DNA of 48,378 nucleotides from an uncultured Eubacteriales bacterium (GTDB lineage: Bacteria > Bacillota > Clostridia > Christensenellales > UBA1242), in assembly GCA_948787875.1 (NCBI GenBank), contig CAQFKO010000002.1, positions 1 through 48,378 on the forward strand, written 5' to 3'. Within the stretch, counting starts at the first letter, position 1. Each line of letters opens with the position of its first letter. A program made the position numbers and the translations under genes. Of the stretch, positions 1 through 9,995 are shown piece after piece. The notes under the pieces are model-generated. The model made no database searches. It was not told where the DNA came from and saw nothing but the letters and a program-made list of their open reading frames with translations.

Positions 1-3
1 AAC

Positions 4-36
4 AAAAAAGCGAAAAAGCTGTTTTTGCCTTTTCGC
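4..36 (-). terminator. Rho-independent terminator downstream of the lipoprotein gene
   Basis: Imperfect hairpin gcgaaaa(a)g / cttttcgc at 10-36. On the minus strand it is followed by a T6 run (complement of A4-A9). Confidence 0.5.
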
Positions 37-57
37 ATAAGTGTTTGTTAAAAAATA

Positions 58-1641
58 TTATTTTTCCAGCCTTATTTCGCCGTCGTTGAAAAAATTATCG
101 GGACTTATTTCGTCAATAATATCGCCGTAAGAATCAAGCAAAAGTTTGTCGTTTACGCCTGCCAAGGAAACATGATTGCTTGCAACAATGGTTCCCAAAT
201 TTTCGTTTCCGTAATTTACATCAATAGGTGAAGAAGCCTCAGAAGCAAAAAGCCCCACATTTTTTGCAAAAATATTTCCGCTTATTTTGCAGTCCAAAAA
301 TCTTACCACAGAAGCGTTGTCAACCACTCCAACAAAAGCAGAAACAGTTGTTCCCACAATGTCATAATCGCTTGTGCAATTATTAAAAATAATGTTTGCC
401 ATGTCAGTTATATAGGAAATAAACGGAGCATAATTTTCACTTGCGTCATTTGCACTGCCCGAAATATTTATGTTTGTTAAAGTTGTTATGCTTGAATCTG
501 CCACGCTTAATGCAAGCACAACCTCGCCACTTCCCAAAATGTTAAGATTGTTAATTTTTGCTCCCGAAAGTTTGTCAAAAACACAAATCCTTGTTTTTTC
601 TTCACTTGCATCAATGGTGATTGTGCAGTTGTTTCCGTCAAGTGTTCCGCAAAACATTCCCAAAGAGGCAACTTTGTGCTTAATTCCATAAGAGTCAGAA
701 ATATTATATTTTTCAATAACGGAAGCAGAAAGTTCCAAGTTTTTGGTTAACTTAAACTTTTCCGAAAAAAGCTTTCCGCCAAAAGAGCCAAGTTGGTCTG
801 CGCGTTCAATTAAATATGTGTCGGTAGTTTTGTTAAATGCAACAAAATCGATTTCTCCGCTTATCGGCAAATAAATGTCTGAGTTTGTTGGAATAAAGTT
901 ATAGTGCAAAGTGTTTTTGCCAAGAGAAAGGGAGGTTTCCAAAATTGTTGCCGTGCCTTCGATTTTGACAGTATTGTTGTCAAAAAATGAATTTTGAATT
1001 TGGTTTTTAAGGGTTTGAATTTGAGTTCCAATAACGCCAGCATCGGTAACATCGGCAGTGCTTAACTTTGGGAGAACTTTAAGCGAAATTTTTGCCGCTC
1101 CTTCGCAGGTGTTAAAGTTTGCGTTGTCGTTTGGGGTAAAGGTGTATGCAACCTCTTTTACTTGACCCAATTCGGTTCTTGAAAAAGTTGTTTGTTCCCA
1201 AGAAATGCTTCCTTCAACGATTTTGCCGTTAAACTCAAATTCAAAAGTGCGGTCGTTTAGGTTTGCGTCTATATCAAAATCAAATTCCGCTGTTTTTGGG
1301 CTTGGATTTGATTTTAAAACATTAAGTTGTTTTGAGCCTGTTATAATGTTGTATATTGCTGTGTCATAAGGCGTAAAAGTCCATTCATAAGAGGTTTTTG
1401 CCGTGGTAACGGTTTGACCCGCGTTCCAAACAATTGTTCCCGCAACACTATTCCCGCCTGCGGTTGCGCTGGCAGATATTGTTGGAAGATTTCCATAGGC
1501 ATAAACATCATTGGTGGAAACCGAAACGGAAATTTCAACATTTTGTTTTGCGGGCGGAGTTTTATCTTTGCAAGCAGAAAAAAACAATCCGCATACAAGT
1601 GCAACAATGGCACAAAAGCCAAATTTAAAAATCTTTCTCAT
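58..1641 (-). CDS. Surface lipoprotein with repeated modules and a beta-helix-like C-terminal half
   Basis: The ORF spans 58..1674. The preferred start is the internal ATG at 1641, preceded by GGAGGA. The N-terminus MRKIFKFGFCAIVALVCGLFFSAC is a signal peptide plus lipobox Cys. Three modules end in a TFTP-D/N-like motif (YEWTFTPYD, AYTFTPND, LHYNFIPTN). The C-terminal half has short N/G/I-rich turns (NLNILGSG, NINISGS). Confidence 0.6.
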   Translation of the reverse strand: MRKIFKFGFCAIVALVCGLFFSACKDKTPPAKQNVEISVSVSTNDVYAYGNLPTISASATAGGNSVAGTIVWNAGQTVTTAKTSYEWTFTPYDTAIYNIITGSKQLNVLKSNPSPKTAEFDFDIDANLNDRTFEFEFNGKIVEGSISWEQTTFSRTELGQVKEVAYTFTPNDNANFNTCEGAAKISLKVLPKLSTADVTDAGVIGTQIQTLKNQIQNSFFDNNTVKIEGTATILETSLSLGKNTLHYNFIPTNSDIYLPISGEIDFVAFNKTTDTYLIERADQLGSFGGKLFSEKFKLTKNLELSASVIEKYNISDSYGIKHKVASLGMFCGTLDGNNCTITIDASEEKTRICVFDKLSGAKINNLNILGSGEVVLALSVADSSITTLTNINISGSANDASENYAPFISYITDMANIIFNNCTSDYDIVGTTVSAFVGVVDNASVVRFLDCKISGNIFAKNVGLFASEASSPIDVNYGNENLGTIVASNHVSLAGVNDKLLLDSYGDIIDEISPDNFFNDGEIRLEK

Positions 1642-1740
1642 ATATCCTCCGATAGTAAGGAAAAAACTATACAAGTATAGTATATATATTTTTATATATT
1701 TTCACAAATATTTTTGCGGAATTTTTCAACAATTTTCGCA

Positions 1741-1770
1741 AAAAGAAAAAACAGCAAAAATTTGCTGTTT
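1741..1770 (-). terminator. Terminator after the dnaI-like gene
   Basis: Hairpin aacagcaaa / tttgctgtt. On the minus strand it is followed by a T-rich run (complement of aaaagaaaaa at 1741-1750). Confidence 0.5.
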
Positions 1771-1780
1771 TGATTTTCGA

Positions 1781-2737
1781 TTATTTTTCTCTTTGAACCA
1801 GCCTCAAATCTTGACCGCTTAAATGAAAAACCTGTCCGTCTTGCTTGCTGCATAGTCGCGAATAAATGCGTTCGTCATAGCGCTCATAGATATTTGCGGG
1901 CAAAAGGTTGGTGGTTACCAGCACGGGTTTGCCCAGCCTTTCGCGCTCAGAAAGCAAAAGAGTTAAATAATTTGTTGTAACATTTTTAAGCATCGGCTCT
2001 GTGCCGAGGTCGTCAATTACCAAAACGTCTGCATAAAGCAGTGCTTCAAGCCCGTTAGAGTTTGATTGATGCTTTCCTGTGTGAAAGTCCAAAAACTTTT
2101 GGTTCATTGCAAATGCCGACAAAAAGCAAACCGAAAGCCCCATTTTTATAAGTTCGCCCGCAAGACACTTTGAAATATAAGTTTTTCCAAGCCCCGTGCC
2201 TCCGCAAATAGTCAGCCTGCGCTTTTTTACATTAGGATATTTTTTTAACCATTTTTGCAAATAGTTTTTAAGTTTTAACATCTGCTCTTTTTGAGCGGGG
2301 TCAGAAATAAGTTCAATATCAAATTTGTCAAAATCAAGCATATCTCCGCCGTCAAGCCCTTGAAGCTTAACAAGTTGAGTGGTTCGTCTTGTCTTATAGC
2401 AATCGCACATTTTTCCTTGAACAAAGCCTGTGTCAAAACATTTGTTGCAAGAGTATTTTGGTTTGAGGTCGGATTCGGAAAGTTTCATCATTTTAAGCAG
2501 TTTCGCACGTTCAAGTTTTAACTGTTTAAGAAGCTCTTGCAAGGGTTTAAGTTGCTCTGATTTAGGAAATTCCGCCTTTATTTTTGCAATTTCAAATTCA
2601 AGCTCTTTCTCGATTTTTTCAAGTTTTACAAAGGCCGGCACACTTCTGGCTTTGCGAATGTTCGCCTCTGCCTTTTTTTGTGCCTTTGCTCTTTTAGCAG
2701 CATATTCTCTTTGCAAAATCAAATCTATATTATCCAT
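1781..2737 (-). CDS. dnaI: DnaI/DnaC-type replicative helicase loader (AAA+ ATPase)
   Basis: Walker A CGGTGLGKTY and Walker B VLVIDDLG are present. There is an N-terminal Cys cluster (CNKC...CDC). The gene lies immediately downstream of a DnaD-domain gene, as in the Bacillus dnaB-dnaI operon. Confidence 0.8.
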   Translation of the reverse strand: MDNIDLILQREYAAKRAKAQKKAEANIRKARSVPAFVKLEKIEKELEFEIAKIKAEFPKSEQLKPLQELLKQLKLERAKLLKMMKLSESDLKPKYSCNKCFDTGFVQGKMCDCYKTRRTTQLVKLQGLDGGDMLDFDKFDIELISDPAQKEQMLKLKNYLQKWLKKYPNVKKRRLTICGGTGLGKTYISKCLAGELIKMGLSVCFLSAFAMNQKFLDFHTGKHQSNSNGLEALLYADVLVIDDLGTEPMLKNVTTNYLTLLLSERERLGKPVLVTTNLLPANIYERYDERIYSRLCSKQDGQVFHLSGQDLRLVQREK

Positions 2738-2757
2738 AAATTTTCCTTAAATATTTT

Positions 2758-4212
2758 TTAAATTTCAACGTCATCAAGAGAGTCAAAAACCGCAGATAAC
2801 TCAGCATGAGAGTAGTTTCTTGTTTCAAAATTGTTTTCTGATTTTGTTTTTGTTTCCAAACCTTTAAGTTCTTTGTTTGCTTTAAGTTTTTCTTCGATTT
2901 GTTTGGTTGTGATTGCACCTTGTTCATGAAGATTTGCAAGCACTCTGTTAATGTAAGAAATCGGATTGGTTTTGTCTTTAAAGTTAGAGGAAACAAGCAA
3001 AATCTGGTCGTGAAGATAGCCCCAATTTTCCGTCCACATTTTATAGCAATCACGGTCATAAGCCGTAACATTTCGTTCAAGTCCGGCAGTTGCCAAAACT
3101 TCTTTTATCTTTTCGTCGGTAAGTAAAACGGCGTCGATATACTTTTCTATGGAAGGTAGGGTAACAAGTCCGAGTTTATAAAATTTTTGAAGAGTTATAT
3201 TAAAGCCTTCAAGAGTTCTGATGCTTTGCTTAAAGCAATAGTTGCTTAAAAACATAAGCGTTTCAAGACCATAACCTTTGTTTGCCCAATCAACAACATA
3301 GTTGTTAACAACGGTTTCGTAATCGCCGTAATAAAGCCCCAAGTTTTTTGAAACGGCTTTTGCAATTTCAAACAAATTTTCACGCTGACTTGAAAATTCT
3401 TCGATTTCTTCCATTGTCAAAAGTTTAAGTTCAAAATATTTTGTTAAAATTTCGTCAAGCTTTGCAACCCCTCCCGATTTAATCGTCTTTGCCACTTCCA
3501 CAATAACTCCGTGAGTAAAGCCAAGTTTGGTTGTCCATTTAATATAGCAGTTGCGTTCTTCAATATCCGAATCCCTTTTGATTTTAAGAGCCGACAAAAC
3601 ACTTTTAAGTTCTTTGCTTGAACGCTCTTGTTCCAAAAACTTTTCTTCAACAGTTTCAAAGGTTTTAAGTCCTTCTTCCGCAAAACTTCTTGCAACTGCC
3701 AAAATGTATGCATAATTTATTGAACCGCCTTTAAGGCTTGTGCAATATTTAGCAATCAGCAAAACTGCCTCTGGCTCAAAATGATAGGTTTCAATCAAAG
3801 TGTAATATTCATTAAATTCGGCAGGTGTAATCATTCTGCCCGAAATAACCTCTTGCATTTGCTTGTTAAAGTCAGAAAATTTAGACTTATTTCTAATTTT
3901 CAAACTTCCGCTGTTTGACCTTACGGGCAAATATTTGATTTGAAGCGGATTTTTAGATGCAATTTGCACCAGCCCCGCATCTTGCCAATAAGAAAAACTT
4001 TTAACCACTTGTTCTTCGGTGAGCGACAAAGTTCTTGAAATAGTGTCAAGATTGTTTTCTTCTGCGATAGGATTAGAGCAAAGGCTAAGCCCAAACAGAT
4101 ACACTTTAACATCTTCACCTGTGGCTTGTGGCAAAAACTCATTCAAAAAGCGGTTGTCCAGCACTGTGTAGCCGTCCAACACCAACTTGCTGGAATAAGA
4201 GCAAAGTAGCAT
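2758..4212 (-). CDS. DnaB/DnaD-domain replication initiation and membrane attachment protein (Bacillus DnaB type, not the helicase)
   Basis: 484 aa with two DnaD-like C-terminal repeats (NCYIKWTTKLGFTHGVI and DCYKMWTENWGYLHDQI). It sits 21 nt upstream of the dnaI-like gene on the same strand. Confidence 0.65.
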   Translation of the reverse strand: MLLCSYSSKLVLDGYTVLDNRFLNEFLPQATGEDVKVYLFGLSLCSNPIAEENNLDTISRTLSLTEEQVVKSFSYWQDAGLVQIASKNPLQIKYLPVRSNSGSLKIRNKSKFSDFNKQMQEVISGRMITPAEFNEYYTLIETYHFEPEAVLLIAKYCTSLKGGSINYAYILAVARSFAEEGLKTFETVEEKFLEQERSSKELKSVLSALKIKRDSDIEERNCYIKWTTKLGFTHGVIVEVAKTIKSGGVAKLDEILTKYFELKLLTMEEIEEFSSQRENLFEIAKAVSKNLGLYYGDYETVVNNYVVDWANKGYGLETLMFLSNYCFKQSIRTLEGFNITLQKFYKLGLVTLPSIEKYIDAVLLTDEKIKEVLATAGLERNVTAYDRDCYKMWTENWGYLHDQILLVSSNFKDKTNPISYINRVLANLHEQGAITTKQIEEKLKANKELKGLETKTKSENNFETRNYSHAELSAVFDSLDDVEI

Positions 4213-4340
4213 AGTTAAATTCCTCCTGCGTGCAAAAATAATTGCAAAATTTGTAAAACCCGTTTATAATACTTATAATAACACTATTAAAACAAAATTT
4301 CAACAACAAATCAAATGAAATTGTTAATTGGAGGGGCTTT

Positions 4341-5507
4341 GTGAAATTTTTACATACATCAGATTGGCATTTGGGCGTAAAAACTAATGGAAGAGATAGA
4401 CTCTGTGAGCAAAAAAAAGTGCTTGAAGAGATTTTGTCTATTGCCAACTATGAAAATGTTGATACTATTATTGTTGCGGGCGATGTGTTTAACACATCTA
4501 GTCCTTCGGCAGAGGCAGAAGAGTTGTTTTTTGACACGATAGAAAAGTTTTCGGCAGGCGGTGACCGCTTTGTTTTGGTTATTGCGGGCAATCATGATGA
4601 TCCAACAAGGCTTGCTGCGGGGCTACCTCTTGCAACCAAGCACAATATTGCTATCGTGGGCGGGCTTGAAAAGATCGACGAAAAGTTATTTAACAGAAAC
4701 GCTCTTGTTCAGGTTGTAGAAACAGGAAAGGGATATATTAAGCTTCAAAAGAATGAAGAACTTGTTTGTTTGGCATATTTGCCTTATCCTACCGAAACAA
4801 GAATTGACGAAAAACTAGATGGCGAACTTTCGCTTGACGAAAAGGTAAAACTTTGGGCGGGCATTGGTTCTGCCGCCTTTTCCGAAAGGTCGCTCAATGT
4901 GTTTGTTTCTCACTTGTTTATGGTGGGAGCAAATCTTAGTAGCGGAAAGGTAAAGGTGGGTGACCTTATGGCTGTTTCAAAGTCATCGCTTCCAAAGTCA
5001 GACTACACTGCGCTTGGGCATTTGCATGCACCACAGGAATTTCCGGGCAAGGTTTTTTACAGCGGAGCAATAACAAAACTCACTCCTCTTCAAAAAGACC
5101 TTTCGGTTGTTGTGTTTGAAAGCGAAAGCGGAAAGTTGCTTGAAACAAAAACAGTGGTTTTGACCGCTCCCGCAAAATACGAAAAGATTTCGGTGGGTTC
5201 TGTTGAAGAGGCGGAAGAAAAGCTTGCGGGCTATGACGATAATGATATCGTAGAGTTAGAGATTGTTCAAACCGAACCGCTGTCAGCATCTGCGTTAAAA
5301 GAATTAAAGAAAAATCATCAGTGCATTACCGCCATATCTTTGGTGCTTAAAAATGAAGAGAATGAAAAGATATCGAAGGGAAGAAAACTTCTTAGCGACA
5401 CAGAACTATTCAGACAATTTTATTTTGATGCAAAGGGATTTGAACCCTCTGACGATTTGGTAAAGATGTTTTTAGAGTGCAAAGGAGAAGAGAATGAAAC
5501 CGATTAA
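4341..5507 (+). CDS. sbcD: Exonuclease SbcD (Mre11-family phosphoesterase)
   Basis: GTG start after GGAGGGG. Motifs are MKFLHTSDWHLG, VAGDVF, GNHD and GHLH. The gene overlaps the sbcC start by 14 nt. Confidence 0.9.
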   Translation: MKFLHTSDWHLGVKTNGRDRLCEQKKVLEEILSIANYENVDTIIVAGDVFNTSSPSAEAEELFFDTIEKFSAGGDRFVLVIAGNHDDPTRLAAGLPLATKHNIAIVGGLEKIDEKLFNRNALVQVVETGKGYIKLQKNEELVCLAYLPYPTETRIDEKLDGELSLDEKVKLWAGIGSAAFSERSLNVFVSHLFMVGANLSSGKVKVGDLMAVSKSSLPKSDYTALGHLHAPQEFPGKVFYSGAITKLTPLQKDLSVVVFESESGKLLETKTVVLTAPAKYEKISVGSVEEAEEKLAGYDDNDIVELEIVQTEPLSASALKELKKNHQCITAISLVLKNEENEKISKGRKLLSDTELFRQFYFDAKGFEPSDDLVKMFLECKGEENETD

Positions 5508-8500
5508 ACTTGAAATTGAAGGGCTTAACAGTTTTGAAACCAAGCAAGTTCTTGATTTCAGACAGCTTGGCAGTGGCGTTTTTGGCATTTTCGGAAAAAC
5601 CGGAAGCGGAAAGTCAACAATTTTAGATGCAATAACGCTGGCTCTTTATGGTTGCGTGGAACGCTCAAAACAAAACATAGATTTTATTAACACAAAATGC
5701 AAAAAAGCGACGGTAACTTTGGAGTTTGAACTTTTTGCATCTGGCAAAAACCGAACCTTTACAATTTCGCGCAGTTTTGTGGTAAGAAAAAACGGAGTAG
5801 AGAGTTCTGCCATGCTCACAAGAAACCACAAAAGCGGAGAAAGTGAACTTATTGCAGAAACCGTAACCAAGGTCAATGAACAAATAAACAAATATTTGGG
5901 GCTAGGAGTTGACGAGTTTTCAAAGTGTATCGCGCTACCTCAGGGCGAGTTTTCCGCATTTTTAAAAGCTAATCCCTCAAAGCGAACCGAAATAATGAGC
6001 AACATTTTTGACCTTTCAAAATATGGCGAAAGGTTAGGTCAGGCAGTAAGGCGAAAACTTGATGAGGCAGACAAAGAGGTGACTGCTCTTTCTGCCAGCA
6101 TTGAGCATGTTGCCTTTGCCACAGACGAATTTTTGGAGAAAGCGAAGGCATCGCTTGAAAGTTATAGCGGAGAATATAAGCAAGTTAGCGAAAGTTTAAA
6201 GAGCAAGTCTTATGAACACGCCGAATTGTCAAGAGCAATTGAGGCAAAGAAAAAGCTTGATGAGTTAAACAAAAAGTTAGAAACTCTCAATTGGCAAAAA
6301 TCCGAAATCGACAAATTAAAAATAGAAGCGGAAAAAAATGCTAGCGCAAATCAAATAAAAACAGATTATGATAAGTTAAAGACTGCAACTTTTGACGAAA
6401 AAGAGTTGACCGAAAAAATAGGAAATTTAAATGAAATAAAACTAAGGGCAAGGTCAGAATTAGACGAAGCCTTGCTGGAATTTCAAGACTTTGAAAAGAT
6501 TTATAAAGAAAAAACTTATGAGCTTAATGCAAAGCTTGCAAGGTTGGGAGAGCTTGACAGCCTTTCGGAAGAATTAAAAAGCTATCAAAATGAAAAAGAG
6601 CATATTTCAAAAAAGATTGATGCAAAAAGGCAAGAGCTTGCAAAGGCGGGCGAAAACTTAAATTATATTCAATCCAATTTGGTGAAAATAGAAGAAGAAA
6701 TTTCTTTGATAAATGGGTTTATCGAAGCATACAAGCCTGATGTTGATTTGTCTTATGCGCTTGAACAAACCAAGGGCATAGAGAGCGAAATTATTTTGAT
6801 TGACGAATTTTATAAACTTGTAGAAAATTTGGTAGACCAAACAAATGCAGACTTAGAGAGCGTAAGAGAAGAATATAATTCGGCAATAAAGCAAGAAAAA
6901 GATTTCGCAGAAAAACGCAAGCAGATTCAAAACTCTATTGAGGTGGCTTTTGAAGACAACAATTCCAGCAGTTTTAACAAGCTAAGAAGTTGCGACAAAC
7001 AATTAGAGGGAATGTTTGAAGTTGGCACAAAGGTAGACGCCGTCACTGCCACAATAAACAAAATTCATTTAGACACCGAAGAGCGAATGGCAACCGTGTC
7101 TGTGCTTTGCGAGCAAATCGAATCAGAGCAAGAAAAACTTGCCGAAGAAGAGGCAAAAATTGTTGCCAAAGAAAAAGAGCTTGAAAAGGCAAGAGAGGTA
7201 AGAGAAGAATTTTTGGGCAGCAATGTAATTTCACTTATTGCCTCAAAGCTTCAAATAGGAGATTATTGTCCTGTTTGTGGTGAAAGGGCAATGCAAAGGC
7301 ATTATGCGGAAAATCTTGACCTTTCTGCCGCCGATGGTGAAATCAGTTTGATAAAAACCTCTTTAAAATCAATCAGATTCGAGCGCGACAAAATTTTTAC
7401 AAATCTAGTTTCTTTAAAATCAAGATACGAGTTTGAAAAAGAGCAGATAGAAATAAACAAGCAAGAGCTAAACAAACTTGCAGAATCAAAAGCGGAACTT
7501 TATCAAAAATATGTAGACAGAAATGATAACAGCAAAGAAAATTTTGAAAAACTTAAAGGACTTTTGATAAAAACATCAGAAAGTTTAGAGGCACTAATTG
7601 ACCTTCAAGCCGAAATTCGTGATGCAGAGCAAAGGGTAATAATAAACAAAACCCAAGCGGGAACAAAGCTAACGGTTTATGGCAATTATTTGGAAAGCTT
7701 GATAGATGTGCTTTATGAGCTTCAAAAGAAAAAGGCTGAGCGCGAATTTGCAATCTATAATTTAAGCGAAAAGTACAAAAATTTAAAGGAATACAAAAAG
7801 CAAATTGCAGAAGGCAAAAATATCGAACTTTTAATAGACAGCAAAAAAGAACAAAAATACAAACTTCGTGATAACGAACTTGAATTGGAAAAAGAAAAGG
7901 AATCCGCTCAAAAGCTTATTTCTTCCATAAGCACGGAAATCGAGGTGCTTAACGAAAAACTTTCAAATGCCGTTAAGTTAATCAATTTAACAAAGGCAAA
8001 AATAACAACAAGCGGTGTTCCGGAAGGTGCTTCGGTTGAAGAAGAAAAAGAAGAGATTAAAAAAGAACTTTTAAAACTTAAATTCGATTACGAAACCGCA
8101 GAACTTAAAGTTGTAAGTGCAAAAGAAAATTTAAGCAGAACCGAAAACGAATTTAATGTTAAGTCTTCAATTCTTATTTCAAAACGCAGTGAAATCAACA
8201 ATCTTGAAAAGCATATCAATAAATGTATGCAAGACGCAGGTTTCAAAGAAAACAGCGAACTTGAAAAATATTTTATTTTAGGAAGCGAACTAAAAGCAAA
8301 AGAAGAGCATATTGCAGAGTTTGAAAGCGAATTAAAATTAACCGAAATTCAAAGGGCAGAACTGCTTGGCTCTGTTCCTGAAAATACCGATAGTGAAAGG
8401 GAAAAACAACTAAGAGCAGATATTGAAACACTTGAACAAAGAGTTAAACTGCTTTCCGAAAATGTGGGCGAAGCAAGGGCGGAGTTTGACAGAGTTAAAA

Positions 8501-9057
8501 AGGCTCATGAAAAGAACAAAGAAATTTCGGAACAACTGTCAAAACAAACTCACAAACTCGATTTGGCAAAAGAGCTTTCTTCGCTTTTAAAAGGCAAAGC
8601 TCTTGCGGAATATGTTGCGGAAGAGTATTTGTCTGAAATTACAAGTGAAGCCAGCCGAAAACTTGAACTGCTTCTTGACGGACAATATTCACTTAGATTT
8701 AAAAACAAAGAGTTTGTTGTTGAAGACAATTTTAATGGCGGAGAAGAGCGCCCAGCCAGCACACTTTCTGGTGGCGAAACCTTCCTTGTAAGTTTAAGCT
8801 TGGCACTTTCTATCTCAGAGAGTATTTCAATGCTGTCTGAGAGAAGCATGGAATTCTTCTTCTTAGACGAGGGATTCGGAACGCTTGACGGCGAGCTTGT
8901 TGATACTGCAATAAATGCACTATATAAGTTAGAGAGCCAAAATTTCAAAATCGGATTGATTTCTCATGTGGCAGAGCTTGCAGACCAAATCAAAAACAAA
9001 GTTATAGTAACAAAAACTTCAAGCGGTTCAAAATTAAAAATAGAACATTCGTTATAA
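5494..9057 (+). CDS. sbcC: Exonuclease SbcC (Rad50-family ATPase)
   Basis: 1187 aa. Walker A is GKTGSGKST. A long coiled-coil carries a central zinc hook CPVCG. The C-terminus has the signature LSGGE and Walker B FFFLDEGFG. Confidence 0.9.
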   Translation: MKPIKLEIEGLNSFETKQVLDFRQLGSGVFGIFGKTGSGKSTILDAITLALYGCVERSKQNIDFINTKCKKATVTLEFELFASGKNRTFTISRSFVVRKNGVESSAMLTRNHKSGESELIAETVTKVNEQINKYLGLGVDEFSKCIALPQGEFSAFLKANPSKRTEIMSNIFDLSKYGERLGQAVRRKLDEADKEVTALSASIEHVAFATDEFLEKAKASLESYSGEYKQVSESLKSKSYEHAELSRAIEAKKKLDELNKKLETLNWQKSEIDKLKIEAEKNASANQIKTDYDKLKTATFDEKELTEKIGNLNEIKLRARSELDEALLEFQDFEKIYKEKTYELNAKLARLGELDSLSEELKSYQNEKEHISKKIDAKRQELAKAGENLNYIQSNLVKIEEEISLINGFIEAYKPDVDLSYALEQTKGIESEIILIDEFYKLVENLVDQTNADLESVREEYNSAIKQEKDFAEKRKQIQNSIEVAFEDNNSSSFNKLRSCDKQLEGMFEVGTKVDAVTATINKIHLDTEERMATVSVLCEQIESEQEKLAEEEAKIVAKEKELEKAREVREEFLGSNVISLIASKLQIGDYCPVCGERAMQRHYAENLDLSAADGEISLIKTSLKSIRFERDKIFTNLVSLKSRYEFEKEQIEINKQELNKLAESKAELYQKYVDRNDNSKENFEKLKGLLIKTSESLEALIDLQAEIRDAEQRVIINKTQAGTKLTVYGNYLESLIDVLYELQKKKAEREFAIYNLSEKYKNLKEYKKQIAEGKNIELLIDSKKEQKYKLRDNELELEKEKESAQKLISSISTEIEVLNEKLSNAVKLINLTKAKITTSGVPEGASVEEEKEEIKKELLKLKFDYETAELKVVSAKENLSRTENEFNVKSSILISKRSEINNLEKHINKCMQDAGFKENSELEKYFILGSELKAKEEHIAEFESELKLTEIQRAELLGSVPENTDSEREKQLRADIETLEQRVKLLSENVGEARAEFDRVKKAHEKNKEISEQLSKQTHKLDLAKELSSLLKGKALAEYVAEEYLSEITSEASRKLELLLDGQYSLRFKNKEFVVEDNFNGGEERPASTLSGGETFLVSLSLALSISESISMLSERSMEFFFLDEGFGTLDGELVDTAINALYKLESQNFKIGLISHVAELADQIKNKVIVTKTSSGSKLKIEHSL

Positions 9058-9070
9058 TTAGTAAAAAAAC

Positions 9071-9096
9071 AAAACCACCTTGTTTCAGGTGGTTTT
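9071..9096. terminator. Bidirectional terminator between sbcC and the convergent orphan gene
   Basis: Perfect hairpin aaaaccacct / aggtggtttt with A-run and T-run flanks. Confidence 0.6.
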
Positions 9097-9866
9097 TATT
9101 CTCCCCAAATTATTTGAGACGCTCTGTTTGGGTCAGAGATTTCTTTATTTGATTTTATGAGCATTCTGTTTATTTGGCTAAGCTTGTTTGTTGCCTTTTC
9201 CGATTCTATTGTTGCTGGGCAATCTTTGTAATAACATTTTGCATATCTGTTTAAATGAATTTTGATTTTGCTGATTGCTCTTTTGCTTTTAAGAAGCCCT
9301 TCCGGAAGAGGATAAAAGCTGGTTAAAAATTCAATCAAATCGGTTTTGTGTGGTGGTTCGTAAGGCTCCACTTTATAGGTGCAGTTGTGATAAAATTCGT
9401 TTGAAAAATGAGTAACAATTTTGTTCATCAAAATTTCATCAAATTCTTCGGTTGTCATTTTTTGCAATTCTTGGGCAGATTCACCAAACAAAAACCAATC
9501 CGCATAGCCCGTGTTATAATAGCCTATTGTCTTTGGGTCCAAGTCGCAATAAACATAATTATAAGGTCTGTCAGCCGTGCCAAAGCCCTTGAAATAGCCT
9601 CTTAGCGGGTCAGTGCAAAACATCAAAATATTGCTTCCGTCAAGGTCAAAATCAGGCTTAAATTTGTTAGAGTTATCAATAATGTTTTGAATGGCAATTT
9701 GCCTAAATGGGTTTTCGCTGTAAGTAAGGTTCATTCTTAGCGGTGCAAGAAAATAGCCTTTGAACATTCCGTTTTCAATCAAAAAGGCATCAACATCTTC
9801 ATATTCAAAACTAACATTGTCAAAAATTCGATTTACTGTTTTAAGTTTAAGTTTTTCTCGTTCCAT
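9096..9866 (-). CDS. Hypothetical protein, paralog A (one copy of an unrecognised ~130-aa domain)
   Basis: The ORF spans 9096..9899. The preferred start is the ATG at 9866 after GAGGAA. It shares the motifs GMFKGYFL, LMFCTDPLRGYFKG, FLFGES and EEFDEILMNKI with the neighbouring 465-aa protein. Confidence 0.6.
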   Translation of the reverse strand: MEREKLKLKTVNRIFDNVSFEYEDVDAFLIENGMFKGYFLAPLRMNLTYSENPFRQIAIQNIIDNSNKFKPDFDLDGSNILMFCTDPLRGYFKGFGTADRPYNYVYCDLDPKTIGYYNTGYADWFLFGESAQELQKMTTEEFDEILMNKIVTHFSNEFYHNCTYKVEPYEPPHKTDLIEFLTSFYPLPEGLLKSKRAISKIKIHLNRYAKCYYKDCPATIESEKATNKLSQINRMLIKSNKEISDPNRASQIIWGE

Positions 9867-9942
9867 AAATTCCTCTAACATAAGATTATGCCATAACAAA
9901 AATTTTTTGTCAAACCAAAGGCTTTCACCTTTGAATTTCTAC

Positions 9943-9970
9943 TCAAAATAAAAATCACAAAAGTGATTTT
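9943..9970 (-). terminator. Hairpin terminator after paralog B
   Basis: aaaatcac-aaaa-gtgatttt with T-rich flanks on both strands. Confidence 0.4.
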
Positions 9971-9995
9971 ATTTTATATAAAAGATAAAATTTGA

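Noticed and set aside
1578-1584. Homopolymer of 7 (T7 on the coding strand) in the lipoprotein signal-peptide region, considered as a phase-variation tract.
   Set aside because: Seven bases is short for slipped-strand switching, and such runs are common in this AT-rich sequence.
4341-9057. SbcD/SbcC considered as a possible SMC-like or Rad50-like defence module.
   Set aside because: It has canonical Mre11 phosphoesterase motifs and a Rad50 layout with the CPVCG zinc hook. The two genes overlap as in housekeeping sbcDC. No extra partner genes are in the operon.
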